This document shows positions 37,423-52,313 of a stretch of 64,000 nucleotides of DNA, in pieces. Numbering within the stretch: the stretch's first letter is position 1; every line of letters begins with the position of its first letter. The DNA comes from Escherichia coli. GTDB lineage: Bacteria > Pseudomonadota > Gammaproteobacteria > Enterobacterales > Enterobacteriaceae. The notes beneath the pieces are model-generated. The model did not search any database and was not told the origin of the DNA. It worked only from the letters and a program-made list of their open reading frames with translations. Position numbers and translations under genes: made by a program. The stretch is taken from the NCBI RefSeq assembly GCF_044647545.1, contig NZ_CP172818.1, one strand, 5' to 3'.

Positions 37423-38380
37423 AGCACTACTGAACGCGGGACGTCAGACGTTAATGCTGGAGTTGCAGGAAGCAAGCCGTTTACCGGAACGTCTGGGCGA
37501 TGATTTTGTTCGCGCCGCCAATATCATCCTGCACTGCGAAGGCAAAGTGGTGGTTTCGGGAATTGGCAAATCGGGCCACATTGGTAAGAAAATCGCCGCA
37601 ACGCTTGCCAGCACCGGCACTCCTGCCTTTTTTGTCCATCCGGCAGAGGCATTGCACGGCGACCTGGGGATGATCGAAAGCCGCGATGTGATGCTGTTTA
37701 TCTCTTACTCCGGTGGCGCGAAGGAACTGGATCTGATTATTCCGCGTCTGGAAGATAAATCTATCGCGCTGCTGGCGATGACCGGCAAACCGACGTCACC
37801 GCTGGGCCTGGCGGCGAAAGCGGTGCTGGATATCTCCGTAGAACGCGAAGCCTGTCCGATGCACCTTGCGCCGACCTCCAGCACCGTGAATACCCTGATG
37901 ATGGGTGACGCGCTGGCGATGGCGGTCATGCAGGCGCGCGGATTTAATGAAGAAGATTTTGCCCGCTCCCACCCTGCTGGAGCACTGGGCGCTCGCTTGC
38001 TGAATAAAGTGCATCATCTGATGCGCCGTGATGACGCTATCCCGCAGGTAGCGTTAACCGCCAGCGTGATGGATGCGATGCTGGAACTCAGCCGCACTGG
38101 TCTGGGGCTGGTGGCGGTATGTGACGCTCAACAACAGGTACAAGGCGTCTTTACCGACGGCGATTTACGTCGCTGGCTGGTTGGCGGCGGTGCACTCACC
38201 ACGCCAGTCAATGAAGCGATGACGGTCGGCGGCACCACGTTGCAATCGCAAAGCCGTGCCATCGACGCCAAAGAAATCCTGATGAAACGCAAAATCACCG
38301 CCGCACCGGTAGTGGATGAAAACGGCAAACTCACCGGCGCAATTAACCTGCAGGATTTCTATCAGGCCGGGATTATTTAA
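37415..38380 (+). CDS. gutQ: D-arabinose 5-phosphate isomerase (SIS + CBS domains)
   Basis: ORF track 37415..38380, 321 aa; overlaps srlR by 8 bp. Confidence 0.95.
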   Translation: MSEALLNAGRQTLMLELQEASRLPERLGDDFVRAANIILHCEGKVVVSGIGKSGHIGKKIAATLASTGTPAFFVHPAEALHGDLGMIESRDVMLFISYSGGAKELDLIIPRLEDKSIALLAMTGKPTSPLGLAAKAVLDISVEREACPMHLAPTSSTVNTLMMGDALAMAVMQARGFNEEDFARSHPAGALGARLLNKVHHLMRRDDAIPQVALTASVMDAMLELSRTGLGLVAVCDAQQQVQGVFTDGDLRRWLVGGGALTTPVNEAMTVGGTTLQSQSRAIDAKEILMKRKITAAPVVDENGKLTGAINLQDFYQAGII

Positions 38381-39891
38381 TCCTTCAGCCCCAGACGTTT
38401 CGCCAACCGATGCAAGTTGGCGACGTCGGTTTCCAGCATCCGTGCGCTGGCAGCCCAGTTGTGATGATTTTGTGCCAGTGCCTGACGAATGGTTTCACGC
38501 TGGAACGCTTCTGTCGCTTCACGCAGGTTTTGCTTAACGATAGGCACCGCCGCCGCTTCTGGCGGCGGCAACGTCACCTCAGGAAAAGCAAAATGTTGCG
38601 CTTCAAGAATCACTTCATCGCCGCTGCGGGTCGCTCTCGCCAGCACCACCGCCCGATGAATAGCATGTTCCAGTTCGCGCACGTTTCCCGGAAAACTGTA
38701 GTGTTGCAGTAAATTTCGCGCCCCGGCACTTAATACCACGCGGGAGAGCCCCAGCCGCAAACGACACTGCTCGCAGAAATACCCCGCCAGCAGAATGACA
38801 TCATCGCCCCGCTCACGCAGCGGCGGCACCGAAAGTGGGAACACGCTCAGGCGATGAAACAAATCGGCGCGGAATCGCCCTGCCAGCACCTCTTCGCGTA
38901 AGTCGCGGTTAGTCGCCGCCAGCACGCGCACATCGACCCGCAAACTGCGGTCATCGCCAACGCGCTGAATATCGCCATACTGCAACACCCTCAGCAGCTT
39001 GGCCTGCAATGCCAACGACAGCTCGCCGATCTCATCGAGAAACAGTGTGCCGTTATCCGCCATTTCAAACTTCCCGCTGCGGTTACTGATAGCGCCAGTA
39101 AACGCTCCTTTCACATGCCCGAACAACTCACTTTCCGCCACACTTTCCGGCAGTGCGGCACAGTTGAGATAGACCAGCGGATTCACCGCCCTTGGCGAGG
39201 TTTCATGAATCGCTTTCGCCACCAGCTCCTTACCGGTTCCCGTCTCACCGCTGATTAAGACGTTGAGATCGGACGCCGCCACAATCTCAATCTCTTTTTT
39301 CAATTGCGTCATGCCTGGCGACAAGCCAATCATCTGCGTCTGTTTCACCGCTTCAAACGGCGCGGCATCGCCCGGCAGCATATTCTGGCTTTCCAGTTGC
39401 TCAATCAGCAACGCATTGCTTAACGCTCCCGCCGCCAGCGCGGCAATCAGGCGTAACTCTTCGTCGCTGAAAACATCGAACTGATCGGGTTGCATCCCGT
39501 CGAGCGTCAATGCGCCGATCAGGTTTTGCCCGGCAAACAATGGCAGACCAACGCAGGCGTGAACCTTCAGACTCTCCTGCCCGGGAATCAAACCGTCATA
39601 GGGATCGGGCAATTCGCTGTCTGCGGGAAAGCGCACCACGTCCCCGGCGCGGGCAATCGCTTCCAGCCGTGGATGCCCTTCCAGCGCAAAGCGTCTACCG
39701 AGTACATCCTTCGCCAGCCCGTCGATGGCAAGCGGAATAAACTGCCGCGAGTCATAACGTAGCAACGCAGAGGCATCACACTCCAGCACCTGACGCAGCG
39801 TGGTGATCAGGCGCTGAAAACGATCCTGATGACCAATCCCACGCTGCAATTCGATGGCGATATTCGCCAGCACATCAACGGAAAAACTCAT
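38377..39891 (-). CDS. norR: sigma54-dependent NO-responsive activator (GAF, AAA+, HTH)
   Basis: ORF track 38377..39891, 504 aa; GAFTGA motif present (KGAFTGA). Confidence 0.96.
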   Translation of the reverse strand: MSFSVDVLANIAIELQRGIGHQDRFQRLITTLRQVLECDASALLRYDSRQFIPLAIDGLAKDVLGRRFALEGHPRLEAIARAGDVVRFPADSELPDPYDGLIPGQESLKVHACVGLPLFAGQNLIGALTLDGMQPDQFDVFSDEELRLIAALAAGALSNALLIEQLESQNMLPGDAAPFEAVKQTQMIGLSPGMTQLKKEIEIVAASDLNVLISGETGTGKELVAKAIHETSPRAVNPLVYLNCAALPESVAESELFGHVKGAFTGAISNRSGKFEMADNGTLFLDEIGELSLALQAKLLRVLQYGDIQRVGDDRSLRVDVRVLAATNRDLREEVLAGRFRADLFHRLSVFPLSVPPLRERGDDVILLAGYFCEQCRLRLGLSRVVLSAGARNLLQHYSFPGNVRELEHAIHRAVVLARATRSGDEVILEAQHFAFPEVTLPPPEAAAVPIVKQNLREATEAFQRETIRQALAQNHHNWAASARMLETDVANLHRLAKRLGLKD

Positions 39892-39903
39892 CTTTGCCTC
39901 ACT

Positions 39904-39959
39904 GTCAATTTGACTATAGATATTGTCATATCGACCATTTTATTGATAGTCATTTTGAC
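39904..39959 (+). promoter_or_regulatory. three NorR enhancer sites (GT-N7-AC) in the norR-norV intergenic region
   Basis: gtcaatttgac (39904-39914), gtcatatcgac (39925-39935), gtcattttgac (39949-39959) read from sequence; matches the described NorR site consensus. Confidence 0.8.
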
Positions 39960-40014
39960 TACTCATTAATGAGCACAATTTTATTTATAGAGTAAAAACA
40001 ATCAGATAAAAAAC

Positions 40015-40030
40015 TGGCACGCAATCTGCA
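40015..40030 (+). promoter_or_regulatory. sigma54 (-24/-12) promoter of norVW
   Basis: TGGCAC-gcaat-cTGCA with the canonical GG-N10-GC spacing, about 48 bp upstream of the norV ATG. Confidence 0.8.
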
Positions 40031-40077
40031 ATTAGCAAGACATCTTTTTAGAACACGCTGAATAAATTGAGGTTGCT

Positions 40078-41517
40078 ATGTCTATTGTGGTGAAAAATAA
40101 CATTCATTGGGTTGGTCAACGTGACTGGGAAGTGCGTGATTTTCACGGTACAGAATATAAAACGCTGCGCGGCAGCAGCTACAACAGCTACCTCATCCGT
40201 GAAGAAAAAAACGTGCTGATCGACACCGTCGACCATAAATTCAGCCGCGAATTTGTGCAGAACCTGCGTAATGAAATCGATCTGGCAGATATCGATTACA
40301 TCGTAATTAACCATGCTGAAGAGGACCACGCCGGGGCGCTGACCGAACTGATGGCGCAAATTCCCGATACGCCGATCTACTGTACAGCCAACGCTATCGA
40401 CTCGATAAATGGTCATCACCATCATCCGGAGTGGAATTTTAATGTGGTGAAAACTGGCGACACGCTGGATATCGGCAACGGCAAACAGCTCATTTTTGTC
40501 GAAACGCCAATGCTGCACTGGCCGGACAGCATGATGACTTACCTGACAGGCGACGCGGTGCTATTCAGTAACGATGCTTTCGGTCAGCACTACTGCGACG
40601 AGCATCTGTTCAACGATGAAGTGGATCAGACGGAGCTTTTCGAGCAGTGCCAGCGTTACTACGCCAATATCCTGACGCCGTTCAGCCGCCTGGTAACGCC
40701 GAAAATTACCGAGATCCTGGGCTTTAACTTGCCAGTCGATATGATAGCGACCTCTCACGGCGTGGTATGGCGCGATAACCCGACGCAAATTGTCGAGCTG
40801 TACCTGAAATGGGCGGCGGATTATCAGGAAGACAGAATCACCATTTTCTACGACACCATGTCGAATAACACCCGCATGATGGCTGACGCTATCGCCCAGG
40901 GGATTGCGGAAACCGACCCACGCGTGGCGGTGAAAATTTTCAACGTCGCCCGAAGCGATAAAAACGAAATCCTGACCAATGTCTTCCGCTCAAAAGGCGT
41001 CCTGGTCGGCACTTCGACGATGAATAATGTGATGATGCCGAAAATCGCCGGGCTGGTGGAGGAGATGACCGGATTACGCTTCCGTAACAAACGCGCCAGT
41101 GCTTTCGGCTCTCACGGCTGGAGCGGCGGTGCGGTGGATCGTCTTTCCACGCGCCTGCAGGATGCGGGTTTCGAAATGTCGCTTAGCCTGAAAGCCAAAT
41201 GGCGACCAGACCAGGACGCTCTGGAGTTATGTCGTGAACACGGTCGCGAAATCGCCCGTCAGTGGGCGCTCGCGCCGCTGCCGCAGAGCACGGTGAATAC
41301 GGTGGTTAAAGAAGAAACCTCTGCCGCCACGACGGCTGACCTCGGCCCACGGATGCAATGCAGCGTCTGCCAGTGGATTTACGATCCGGCAAAAGGTGAG
41401 CCAATGCAGGACGTTGCGCCAGGAACGCCGTGGAGTGAAGTCCCGGATAACTTCCTGTGCCCGGAATGCTCTCTCGGCAAAGACGTCTTTGACGAACTGG
41501 CATCGGAGGCAAAATGA
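40078..41517 (+). CDS. norV: anaerobic NO reductase flavorubredoxin
   Basis: ORF track 40078..41517, 479 aa; metallo-beta-lactamase-like, flavodoxin and C-terminal rubredoxin (CxxC...CxxC) regions. Confidence 0.96.
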   Translation: MSIVVKNNIHWVGQRDWEVRDFHGTEYKTLRGSSYNSYLIREEKNVLIDTVDHKFSREFVQNLRNEIDLADIDYIVINHAEEDHAGALTELMAQIPDTPIYCTANAIDSINGHHHHPEWNFNVVKTGDTLDIGNGKQLIFVETPMLHWPDSMMTYLTGDAVLFSNDAFGQHYCDEHLFNDEVDQTELFEQCQRYYANILTPFSRLVTPKITEILGFNLPVDMIATSHGVVWRDNPTQIVELYLKWAADYQEDRITIFYDTMSNNTRMMADAIAQGIAETDPRVAVKIFNVARSDKNEILTNVFRSKGVLVGTSTMNNVMMPKIAGLVEEMTGLRFRNKRASAFGSHGWSGGAVDRLSTRLQDAGFEMSLSLKAKWRPDQDALELCREHGREIARQWALAPLPQSTVNTVVKEETSAATTADLGPRMQCSVCQWIYDPAKGEPMQDVAPGTPWSEVPDNFLCPECSLGKDVFDELASEAK

Positions 41518-42647
41518 GCAACGGCATTGTGATCATTGGTTCGGGCTTCGCCGCCCGCCAACTGGTGAAAAATATTCGCAAACAGGACGCCAGTATTCCA
41601 TTAACTCTGATTGCCGCCGACAGCATGGATGAGTACAACAAACCTGACCTCAGCCATGTTATCAGTCAGGGGCAACGTGCCGATGACCTTACCCGCCAGA
41701 CGGCAGGTGAATTTGCCGAGCAGTTTAATCTGCGCTTGTTTCCGCACACCTGGGTAACGGATATCGATGCCGAAGCCCATGTGGTGAAAAGTCAGAATAA
41801 TCAGTGGCAATACGACAAGTTAGTGCTGGCAACCGGTGCCAGCGCCTTTGTCCCGCCAGTGCCCGGGCGTGAGTTAATGCTGACGTTAAATAGTCAGCAA
41901 GAGTATCGCGCCTGTGAAACGCAACTGCGGGATGCCCGACGCGTGTTGATTGTTGGCGGTGGCTTGATTGGTAGCGAGCTGGCGATGGATTTTTGTCGGG
42001 CAGGCAAAGCGGTCACGCTAATCGACAACGCTGCCAGTATTCTGGCGTCGTTAATGCCACCGGAAGTAAGCAGCCGCTTGCAGCATCGGTTGACGGAGAT
42101 GGGCGTTCATCTGCTGTTAAAATCTCAGTTGCAGGGACTGGAAAAAACAGATTCTGGCATTCTGGCAACGCTGGACCGCCAGCGCTGCATTGAAGTGGAT
42201 GCGGTAATTGCCGCCACCGGACTGCGCCCGGAAACCGCCCTGGCACGACGCGCCGGGCTGACGATTAATCGTGGCGTTTGCGTCGATAGCTATCTGCAAA
42301 CCAGTAATGCCGATATTTATGCGCTGGGCGATTGCGCGGAAATTAACGGTCAGGTATTGCCGTTCCTCCAGCCGATTCAACTTAGCGCAATGGTGCTGGC
42401 AAAAAATCTTCTCGGCAATAACACGCCGCTGAAACTACCGGCGATGCTGGTGAAAATCAAAACGCCGGAATTACCGCTGCATCTGGCAGGCGAAACCCAG
42501 CGTCAGGATTTACGCTGGCAAATTAATACCGAACGCCAGGGAATGGTTGCGCGCGGTGTTGACGATGCTGACCAGCTTCGCGCCTTTGTGGTCAGTGAGG
42601 ATCGGATGAAAGAGGCGTTTGGATTGTTGAAAACGTTGCCGATGTAG
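41514..42647 (+). CDS. norW: NADH:flavorubredoxin reductase
   Basis: ORF track 41514..42647, 377 aa; 4-bp overlap with norV. Confidence 0.96.
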   Translation: MSNGIVIIGSGFAARQLVKNIRKQDASIPLTLIAADSMDEYNKPDLSHVISQGQRADDLTRQTAGEFAEQFNLRLFPHTWVTDIDAEAHVVKSQNNQWQYDKLVLATGASAFVPPVPGRELMLTLNSQQEYRACETQLRDARRVLIVGGGLIGSELAMDFCRAGKAVTLIDNAASILASLMPPEVSSRLQHRLTEMGVHLLLKSQLQGLEKTDSGILATLDRQRCIEVDAVIAATGLRPETALARRAGLTINRGVCVDSYLQTSNADIYALGDCAEINGQVLPFLQPIQLSAMVLAKNLLGNNTPLKLPAMLVKIKTPELPLHLAGETQRQDLRWQINTERQGMVARGVDDADQLRAFVVSEDRMKEAFGLLKTLPM

Positions 42648-42657
42648 GCATGGTTTT

Positions 42658-42682
42658 CTCCCTCGCCCAAAGGGCGAGGGGA
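42658..42682. terminator. GC-rich hairpin between convergent norW and hypF (terminator candidate, poor U-tract on both strands)
   Basis: cctcgccc-aaa-gggcgagg inverted repeat. Confidence 0.35.
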
Positions 42683-42697
42683 CTGTCCGCGCTACTT

Positions 42698-44965
42698 TTA
42701 ACGCTTAGTTACGCCACATCCGCCACTATGCAGCATGCAGGAGCGCGCCGCAGCAATAACCCCCTGCCCCAGAGACAAGCCGCCATCACCCGCCGGTAAA
42801 CTCTGCGGAAAGAGTAATGTGAAATCAGCGAGATAATGCGCCAGGCGTGTACGCAGCAATCGGTTATGAATAACCCCACCGCTAAATACCAGCGTAGTGA
42901 TACCGCGCATCGTGGCCTGCTCACGCATCAACGCGGCAAAACCCTGCGCCAGCGCATCATGAAACGCCCACGCGCGTTGATTAACCGGTGCCTGCCAGTT
43001 CAGCCACTGCTGCCAGAAGGTGGCGAGATCCAGTTGATTGTCCACCAGCGGCATCGTCACCGGATGCGTCACTCCCTGGCTCGAAGCCGCCAGCGCCTCG
43101 AGGGCGCAAGCCGCTTCACCTTCATAACTTAACGTGGCTGGCGCACAGCCCAACGCCGCCGCTACGGCATCGAACAAACGTCCACACGATGATGCCAGCG
43201 GCGCGTTAATTCCACGCTCAATGGCCCGCGCCAGCACGCTCCAGTTTTGCTGTTGCACACTTGCCGTTTCAGGGTAATTCTGCCACTCCGGCACAAAGCG
43301 CAGGCACTGCGCCAGCAGGTTACGCCACGGCTGCTTTGCAGCCAAATCGCCCCCCGGAAGCGCCACCGCAGGCAAGCCGCCCAGGTGTTCACATTCGCGA
43401 TAGTTCACCCGCAGGCACTCGCCGCCCCATAAAGCGCCGTTCTCCCCCATACCGATACCGTCGAGCGTCAACGCAATGACATCACCGCCATCCAGCGGCC
43501 AGTGATGTTCTGCCAGACACGCCGCCGCATGAGCATGATGATGCAGCACCGTTTGCGTCGGCAGATTCATTTCGCGCGCCCACTGGCTGGAGACATAGCC
43601 CGGATGCGCGTCATGCACAACGTATTGCGGAGTGAAATCGTAGATGTTTTGCATCAGGCGTAACGCTTCGCGCCACTGCATCTGGATGCCATCGTCACTT
43701 AAATCGCCCAGATGCTGACTCAACACCGCTTGTTTACCGCGCACCAGGCAGAAGGTATTTTTCAGATCCGCGCCGAGACACAGCACAGGCGGAACATTTT
43801 TAAAGCCTGGAGGCAAAGCCAGCGCATCCGGCACATACCCCCGCGAACGGCGCAGCATTTCGCCGTTTTCGCGCACCACCGAATCATCCATCCGCTGCAC
43901 GATGTCGCGGTTATGTATCAAGAATCCGTCGGCAATCCCCTGCAAATCCGCCAGCGCCTGTTCGTTGCTGATAGCTGGTGGTTTACCGCTCAGGTTGCCG
44001 GAGGTCATCACCAGCGGGCATTGCAGTTCCTGTAACAGCAAATGTTGGAGCGGGTTCGCAGGCAACATCACCCCAACTTCGTTAAGGCCAGGGGCGATAT
44101 CATCACAAAGCTCAGGAACGTATTTTTTATCCACCAGAACAATCGGCGCGGCGGGCGTGGTAAGCAACTGGCGCGCAGCGTCAGGTAAACCGTCAGCCAC
44201 TGGCAACATGACCGCCAGCGGTTTCGCCGGGCGATGTTTGCGTGCCCGTAGTGTCGCCACCGCGTTACTGTTACGCGCATCGCAGGCGAGATGAAATCCG
44301 CCAATCCCTTTGATGGCGACAATGTTGCCCATTTTTAACTGTGCGATAGCCGCCTGTAATGCCGCCTCTTGTTCTGCATGTTCACCATGACTTACCCATT
44401 CAAGATGTGGGCCACACTCCGGGCAGGCCACCGGCTGGGCGTGGAAGCGACGATCGAGCGGGTCACAGTACTCTTTGTCACAAGCCGGACACAGCGGAAA
44501 CGCCGCCATCACGGTAAACGGGCGATCGTAAGGCATGGCGCGAATAATGGTGAAACGCGGGCCACAGTGGGTACAGTTGATAAACGGATAACGATAACGC
44601 CGCTCGCCTGGGGTATTCATTTCGGCAAGGCAAGCAGGGCAAGTGGCGGCATCCGGGACAATTTGCGTATTCATAGTGCCGCCTGTGCTCTGGCGGATAG
44701 TGAACTCAGTGGGCAGTTGTGACCAGATAAACGGCTCACGCTCGACGCTATCAATACGCGCCAGCGGCGGGCAGTGCTGATGCAACTGCACAAGAAACGT
44801 TTCCGGGTCTTCCAGCAGCCGGACTTCTACGCCATCGCCGTCATTACAGACATCGCCGTGAAGATTTAATTGCTGTGCCAGTTGCCAGACAAACGGACGA
44901 AAACCGACGCCCTGCACTTTGCCACGAATACGCAGTTGGACACCGCAAGATGTGTTTTTTGCCAT
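42698..44965 (-). CDS. hypF: [NiFe]-hydrogenase maturation carbamoyltransferase HypF
   Basis: ORF track frame 42698..45037; start placed at internal ATG 44965 ([30 protein letters not shown]... acylphosphatase domain, Zn-finger CxxC pairs); exact start uncertain. Confidence 0.93.
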   Translation of the reverse strand: MAKNTSCGVQLRIRGKVQGVGFRPFVWQLAQQLNLHGDVCNDGDGVEVRLLEDPETFLVQLHQHCPPLARIDSVEREPFIWSQLPTEFTIRQSTGGTMNTQIVPDAATCPACLAEMNTPGERRYRYPFINCTHCGPRFTIIRAMPYDRPFTVMAAFPLCPACDKEYCDPLDRRFHAQPVACPECGPHLEWVSHGEHAEQEAALQAAIAQLKMGNIVAIKGIGGFHLACDARNSNAVATLRARKHRPAKPLAVMLPVADGLPDAARQLLTTPAAPIVLVDKKYVPELCDDIAPGLNEVGVMLPANPLQHLLLQELQCPLVMTSGNLSGKPPAISNEQALADLQGIADGFLIHNRDIVQRMDDSVVRENGEMLRRSRGYVPDALALPPGFKNVPPVLCLGADLKNTFCLVRGKQAVLSQHLGDLSDDGIQMQWREALRLMQNIYDFTPQYVVHDAHPGYVSSQWAREMNLPTQTVLHHHAHAAACLAEHHWPLDGGDVIALTLDGIGMGENGALWGGECLRVNYRECEHLGGLPAVALPGGDLAAKQPWRNLLAQCLRFVPEWQNYPETASVQQQNWSVLARAIERGINAPLASSCGRLFDAVAAALGCAPATLSYEGEAACALEALAASSQGVTHPVTMPLVDNQLDLATFWQQWLNWQAPVNQRAWAFHDALAQGFAALMREQATMRGITTLVFSGGVIHNRLLRTRLAHYLADFTLLFPQSLPAGDGGLSLGQGVIAAARSCMLHSGGCGVTKR

Positions 44966-45117
44966 TGAGTTATTCCCGCCATCATGAATTGCGTAACCCG
45001 CCCAGCCGGACACGACAGCGTCGTATCCGGCAATCACAGGTCGGCGATACTGCCCGCTTCGTATTCTACGAATATTTCCGGGAATTCCTTTGATGCCAGA
45101 ACAGTTCTGTAAGATTT

Positions 45118-45645
45118 TTAGAACATCAGCGCCGTACGGCGACGTTTTTCTGCGCTCAGTTGTTCAAGTTTATTACGATCGACACAAATCAGCGCATGGG
45201 TCGGGCAAGCCGCCATACACGCCGGGCCGTCTTCACGATGGTTACAGAGGTCGCATTTATTGGCTTCGGCTTTGTCAGCCCGTACGTTAAGCCCTGCGCC
45301 GCTGTTGCGAATCACCGGACGTACCACCACTTCCATCGCGCCATACGGGCAAGCCACAACGCAGGTTTTGCAACCAATGCAACGTTCCTGCATCACATGA
45401 ACAAACCCTTTATCACGGCTGATAGCACCATTCGGGCAGACGTTAGCGCACGGTGCATCTTCACACTGACGGCAGACTGTTGCCGTAGAAATGTTCACAC
45501 CTTTAATGACATGGATTCGCGGTAAAAAAGTTTCCGGGGTCAGCGATGCACAGTCCTGATTCTCCTGATGAGAAACCACGCACGCCACTTCACAGGTACG
45601 GCAACCAATACATTTACTCGCGTCAGCAATGATGAAACGGTTCAT
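45118..45645 (-). CDS. hydN: 4Fe-4S ferredoxin-type electron transfer protein HydN
   Basis: ORF track frame 45118..45660; start placed at ATG 45645 ([22 protein letters not shown]...). Confidence 0.93.
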   Translation of the reverse strand: MNRFIIADASKCIGCRTCEVACVVSHQENQDCASLTPETFLPRIHVIKGVNISTATVCRQCEDAPCANVCPNGAISRDKGFVHVMQERCIGCKTCVVACPYGAMEVVVRPVIRNSGAGLNVRADKAEANKCDLCNHREDGPACMAACPTHALICVDRNKLEQLSAEKRRRTALMF

Positions 45646-45793
45646 CAAATTCTCCAGCAATGACAGTTAATGCGCCGATACATTCACAAATCATGCCAGT
45701 TTTTAATTTACTGTTATTTAAAGAAATTAAATTCTGTAATGCAGGAAAAACGATGTCATCGACACTAGTGACGATGACATGTGTTGACAATGT

Positions 45794-46804
45794 TTATTGC
45801 GAAAGAGCAATGAGGGAGCCGCGGCGGATCAGTTTTCCGCTGAAGGTTTTCGGCGGTGAGAAATCCCCGCCATCGAGCATAAAAATCAGCCGTCCAATAA
45901 TTTCCTGAATCATCTCAGTTACCGGAATTTTTACGCTGGAGAGCGCCGGAACGGTGTAGGGGGCAATTGCGATATCATCGAATCCGATAACTGACACCTG
46001 CTCTGGCACCGCTACGCCGCGCTCGTGCAACGCTTTCATCGCACCTATCGCCATATCGTCGTTACTGGCAACTAACGCGCTAAATTTAGCCCCACGTTCG
46101 AGCAACGTTTCTACCCCTTCGGCCCCGCTGGCGGGCGTCCATTTACCGTTAGCGATAAGTTTTTCATTGAGCGCAATACCATGCTGCGCCAGCGCGTCTT
46201 TATACCCGGCAAGACGTTCAACGCTGGTGGGGGAATCCATCGAGCCGGTAAGGAAAGCAATCTCCTGATGTCCGGCGTTTATCAACTCTGCCACGGCGTT
46301 AAAGCTGGTCTGTTTATGATCGCACCAGACGCTATGGCTGCTGTTTTTGCGCAGGCGGCGATTAAGCACCATTATCGGCTGACTGTGTGCGTCAATGATG
46401 TCATCAATCTCATCCACGCTTAAAAAACGCGGGTAAATCATAATGGCGTCGCAGCGCAAATCCAGCAGATACTGAATCGCCTGGCGCTCTTCTTCGGCGC
46501 TGTGTTTACCATCTGCCAATAGCAACTGTCGCCCTTTCTCTTCAGCCATTCGCGCGGCATGAAACAGTAGTTCACTAAAATAAATGCCGTGGTAAAGCGT
46601 GTTGGTCACTACCAGCCCCAGCGTCTGAGTACTCTTCGCCGACAGATTGCGCGCCAGCAAGTTTGGGCGGTAACCGCTCTCTTCTACCGCCTGAAACACG
46701 CGATCTTTAGTCTCCTGGCTGACGTAGCCATTACCTGAAAGCACGCGGGAAACGGTCGCTTTTGAAACCCCGGCGCGCTTCGCCACTTCCAGCATCGTCG
46801 TCAT
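45794..46804 (-). CDS. ascG: LacI/GalR-family repressor of the asc operon
   Basis: ORF track frame 45794..46870; several in-frame ATGs at 46795-46813; start at 46804 (MTTMLEVAKRAGVSKATVSRVL...) chosen, ambiguous by a few codons. Confidence 0.88.
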   Translation of the reverse strand: MTTMLEVAKRAGVSKATVSRVLSGNGYVSQETKDRVFQAVEESGYRPNLLARNLSAKSTQTLGLVVTNTLYHGIYFSELLFHAARMAEEKGRQLLLADGKHSAEEERQAIQYLLDLRCDAIMIYPRFLSVDEIDDIIDAHSQPIMVLNRRLRKNSSHSVWCDHKQTSFNAVAELINAGHQEIAFLTGSMDSPTSVERLAGYKDALAQHGIALNEKLIANGKWTPASGAEGVETLLERGAKFSALVASNDDMAIGAMKALHERGVAVPEQVSVIGFDDIAIAPYTVPALSSVKIPVTEMIQEIIGRLIFMLDGGDFSPPKTFSGKLIRRGSLIALSQ

Positions 46805-46890
46805 CATTTTCATCCCTTTACACGCAATCAACGCAGTGTACTGCACCGTTTGCCGATTGTCCTTGCGCAATCGGCGGGAAAAATATTCAG

Positions 46891-46978
46891 GTGACCGGTT
46901 TCACAAATATAAAAAATGAACAATTAACTCTCTTGCTTATTTAGTGACAACTATTCATGATTTTGTGAAACCGGTTTC
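46891..46978. promoter_or_regulatory. two LacI/GalR-type operator palindromes in the ascG-ascF intergenic region
   Basis: gtgaccggtttcac (46891-46904) and gtgaaaccggtttc (46965-46978), both with a CCGG core. Confidence 0.6.
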
Positions 46979-47062
46979 CTAATTCCGTTTCAGCATCGGC
47001 ATTTTCCGTCACGTCGACTGATAACAACTACATCTACCCTACTGATAACAGGATAAAATCCG

Positions 47063-49953
<2,891 letters not shown>

Positions 49954-49980
49954 GCAACTACCGTCGCACGAACCAGGAAA

Positions 49981-50006
49981 GCCCGATAAGCGTAGCGCAT
50001 CGGGCA
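49981..50006. repeat. REP element downstream of ascB
   Basis: gcccgataagcgtagcgcatcgggca palindrome. Confidence 0.55.
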
Positions 50007-50124
50007 ATCTGGGGTTTGGCATCAGAAAAAAAAAGCTGGTGGCCTGTGCAGGCAGCACTAAGCTCAATAAAAAAGCGCACATCCCTGTTCTGATGTTCAA
50101 TTCCCTGAATTCCTTACTGAAAAA

Positions 50125-50595
50125 CTACTCTTCTTCCACCGCTAACTGCGCGAAGCCGCCGTTCCCTTCCCAGCCTTCCAGACGTTGATAAACGGTTTCC
50201 ACCGCATCTTTAATCGGCTGGGTCATCGGGTAGTAAAAGCCGACGATATCCGGCTGGATGCCGAGGAAAATCACTTCGCCAATGTCTTCTTTCAACTGGT
50301 CGATAAGGTAGTTCAGCGGCATGTTATGGGTAGTCATCATAAACATCTCGGCGATATCATCCGGGTCGATGATGCGGATTTCGCCGGGGTTTAGCCCCAT
50401 ATCCGTGGCGTCAACAATCAGCAGTCGTGTAGGGCGCAGTTCACGGATAGCGACGATGTCGTTTTCCGGTGCGCTACCGCCGTCAATCACCACCCAGTTA
50501 CCTTTCGGTGCGGCGGCGCACTTTTCCGCCAGCAGCGGACCTGCGCCATCATCGCCCATCATGCTATTGCCAACACAGAGTAAAACGTCAGTCAC
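50125..50595 (-). CDS. hycI: hydrogenase 3 maturation endopeptidase
   Basis: ORF track 50125..50595, 156 aa. Confidence 0.95.
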   Translation of the reverse strand: MTDVLLCVGNSMMGDDGAGPLLAEKCAAAPKGNWVVIDGGSAPENDIVAIRELRPTRLLIVDATDMGLNPGEIRIIDPDDIAEMFMMTTHNMPLNYLIDQLKEDIGEVIFLGIQPDIVGFYYPMTQPIKDAVETVYQRLEGWEGNGGFAQLAVEEE

Positions 50596-50998
50596 GCAGT
50601 CTCCTCACCATCAAATAGATGGCGTTTTCCTGATGAATATCATGCAGCATACTTAACAGCATTGTACTCCATTCTTTCTGCTGCGAAGTTTGCGCTGCCC
50701 GGGCTTTATCGAATGCGTTGGCCAGCATCGGCACATGGTTAATGTCGATGACGATCTCACCATATTTCGGCACGCCTTCCATTTTGCGGCGGGCTTCGCT
50801 GCCCGCCTCCAGAGTGGCAATCCATGCCAGATAGTCATCCCACGGGCAGGTAAGTGCCGCTTCCAGGCAATCGATAACCCCAAGGTGGTGACCAATCGCC
50901 AGGCTGTAATAGACCACCTGCTGCGCCTCGGCGGGCGTGGCATCGTTCTCATCAATAAATTTACGGCTCAGTTGACTGAACACCACCTTTTCAATCAT
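50588..50998 (-). CDS. hycH: formate hydrogenlyase maturation protein HycH
   Basis: ORF track 50588..50998, 136 aa. Confidence 0.95.
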   Translation of the reverse strand: MIEKVVFSQLSRKFIDENDATPAEAQQVVYYSLAIGHHLGVIDCLEAALTCPWDDYLAWIATLEAGSEARRKMEGVPKYGEIVIDINHVPMLANAFDKARAAQTSQQKEWSTMLLSMLHDIHQENAIYLMVRRLRD

Positions 50999-51762
50999 CG
51001 GATACGCGCCTCTTCAACAACATGATTCAGATGGCTGACAATCTCGTTCAGACGCGGATCGTTTTCCGCTTCCAGCCAGCGTGCAACCTGTTCTTCGCCC
51101 TGCCCTAACTGTGTCAGGAAGTCATCGGCAATCTGACGACCGTAACGATAACCCGCCAGGCGGCGTGCTTCGCGATCCACTTTCACGCGCAGCGGCTGCA
51201 CCATATCGCCATGAAGGATTTCCGCCGGTTGTTCATCCTGCTCACCCGGGCCACGGGCGTGAATTTTCTGCTCCAGCAGGCCGAGCGCCATTGCAAAGCC
51301 GTACAGCGTGGCGGCTGGCGTTGGCGGGCACCCCGGAATGTAGACATCCACCGGGACGATTTTATCCGTACCGCCCCACACGCAGTAGAGATCGTGGAAA
51401 ATGCCACCGCTGTTACCGCAGGCACCGTAGGAGATACAGATTTTCGGGTCCGGCGCGGACTGCCACGCACGCAGCGCAGGGGATCGCATTGCACGGGTGA
51501 CCGCGCCGGTAAACAGTAAAATATCCGCATGACGCGGTGAAGGAACGACTTTAATGCCGAAGCGTTCTGCATCAAACAGCGGCGAAAGCGTGGCGAAAAT
51601 TTCGATTTCGCAGCCGTTGCAGCCGCCGCAGTCCACGCGGTAAACGTAGGCAGAACGTTTGATTTTTTTCAGTAACGACGCCTTCATGCTGGCGATGGAT
51701 TCATCCACCGTCATCGGGACCGGAATGCCGTTGGCGTCACGGGGGCCTAATAAATTGCTCAT
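50995..51762 (-). CDS. hycG: hydrogenase 3 small subunit
   Basis: ORF track 50995..51762, 255 aa. Confidence 0.95.
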   Translation of the reverse strand: MSNLLGPRDANGIPVPMTVDESIASMKASLLKKIKRSAYVYRVDCGGCNGCEIEIFATLSPLFDAERFGIKVVPSPRHADILLFTGAVTRAMRSPALRAWQSAPDPKICISYGACGNSGGIFHDLYCVWGGTDKIVPVDVYIPGCPPTPAATLYGFAMALGLLEQKIHARGPGEQDEQPAEILHGDMVQPLRVKVDREARRLAGYRYGRQIADDFLTQLGQGEEQVARWLEAENDPRLNEIVSHLNHVVEEARIR

Positions 51763-52304
51763 CAGATGGCCTCTTTCATATGGCGAGTCAGTTCAATACG
51801 GTCGGACGGCACCAGGCATTTCTGGCGCTTACATTCCGGGCAAGTCTCAAAGCTTTCGCGGTGGTTTTCCGCGCGGCTGTCGCCGTTGTGCTTAAGCAGC
51901 GCAATGGCGTAGTCGATCTCTTTCTGGACGGCGAAAGGACGATTGCAGACGCGGCAGTTGCACAGCGCGAAGCGGGACTGTTGCAGGAAGTCTTCTTTCT
52001 TCCACACCGCCAGTTCGTATTCTTGCGACAGCTTAATCGCCGCCGTCGGACAGACTTCTTCACAGCGTCCACAGAAGATGCAGCGCCCGAGATTGAACTG
52101 CCACGCCAGCTCTCCTGTGGCGAGGTCAGTTTCAACCGTTAAGGCGTTTGACGGGCAGGCATTGACGCAGGCCGCACAGCCGATGCACTGCTGCGGGTTC
52201 TGCTCTGGCTTACCACGGAAGTTTTTATCAACCGCAATCGGCTCCAGCGGATAAGACGAGGTCGCCGTGCCGGTTTTGATAACTTTTTTGATAAAGGTAA
52301 ACAT
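51762..52304 (-). CDS. hycF: formate hydrogenlyase 4Fe-4S subunit
   Basis: ORF track 51762..52304, 180 aa; two CxxCxxCxxxCP motifs. Confidence 0.95.
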   Translation of the reverse strand: MFTFIKKVIKTGTATSSYPLEPIAVDKNFRGKPEQNPQQCIGCAACVNACPSNALTVETDLATGELAWQFNLGRCIFCGRCEEVCPTAAIKLSQEYELAVWKKEDFLQQSRFALCNCRVCNRPFAVQKEIDYAIALLKHNGDSRAENHRESFETCPECKRQKCLVPSDRIELTRHMKEAI

Positions 52305-52313
52305 GGCGACTCC

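Noticed and set aside
42836-43479. Several 60-100-aa ORFs on the plus strand
   Set aside because: All lie inside hypF on the opposite strand and are arginine/proline-rich GC-skew artefacts.
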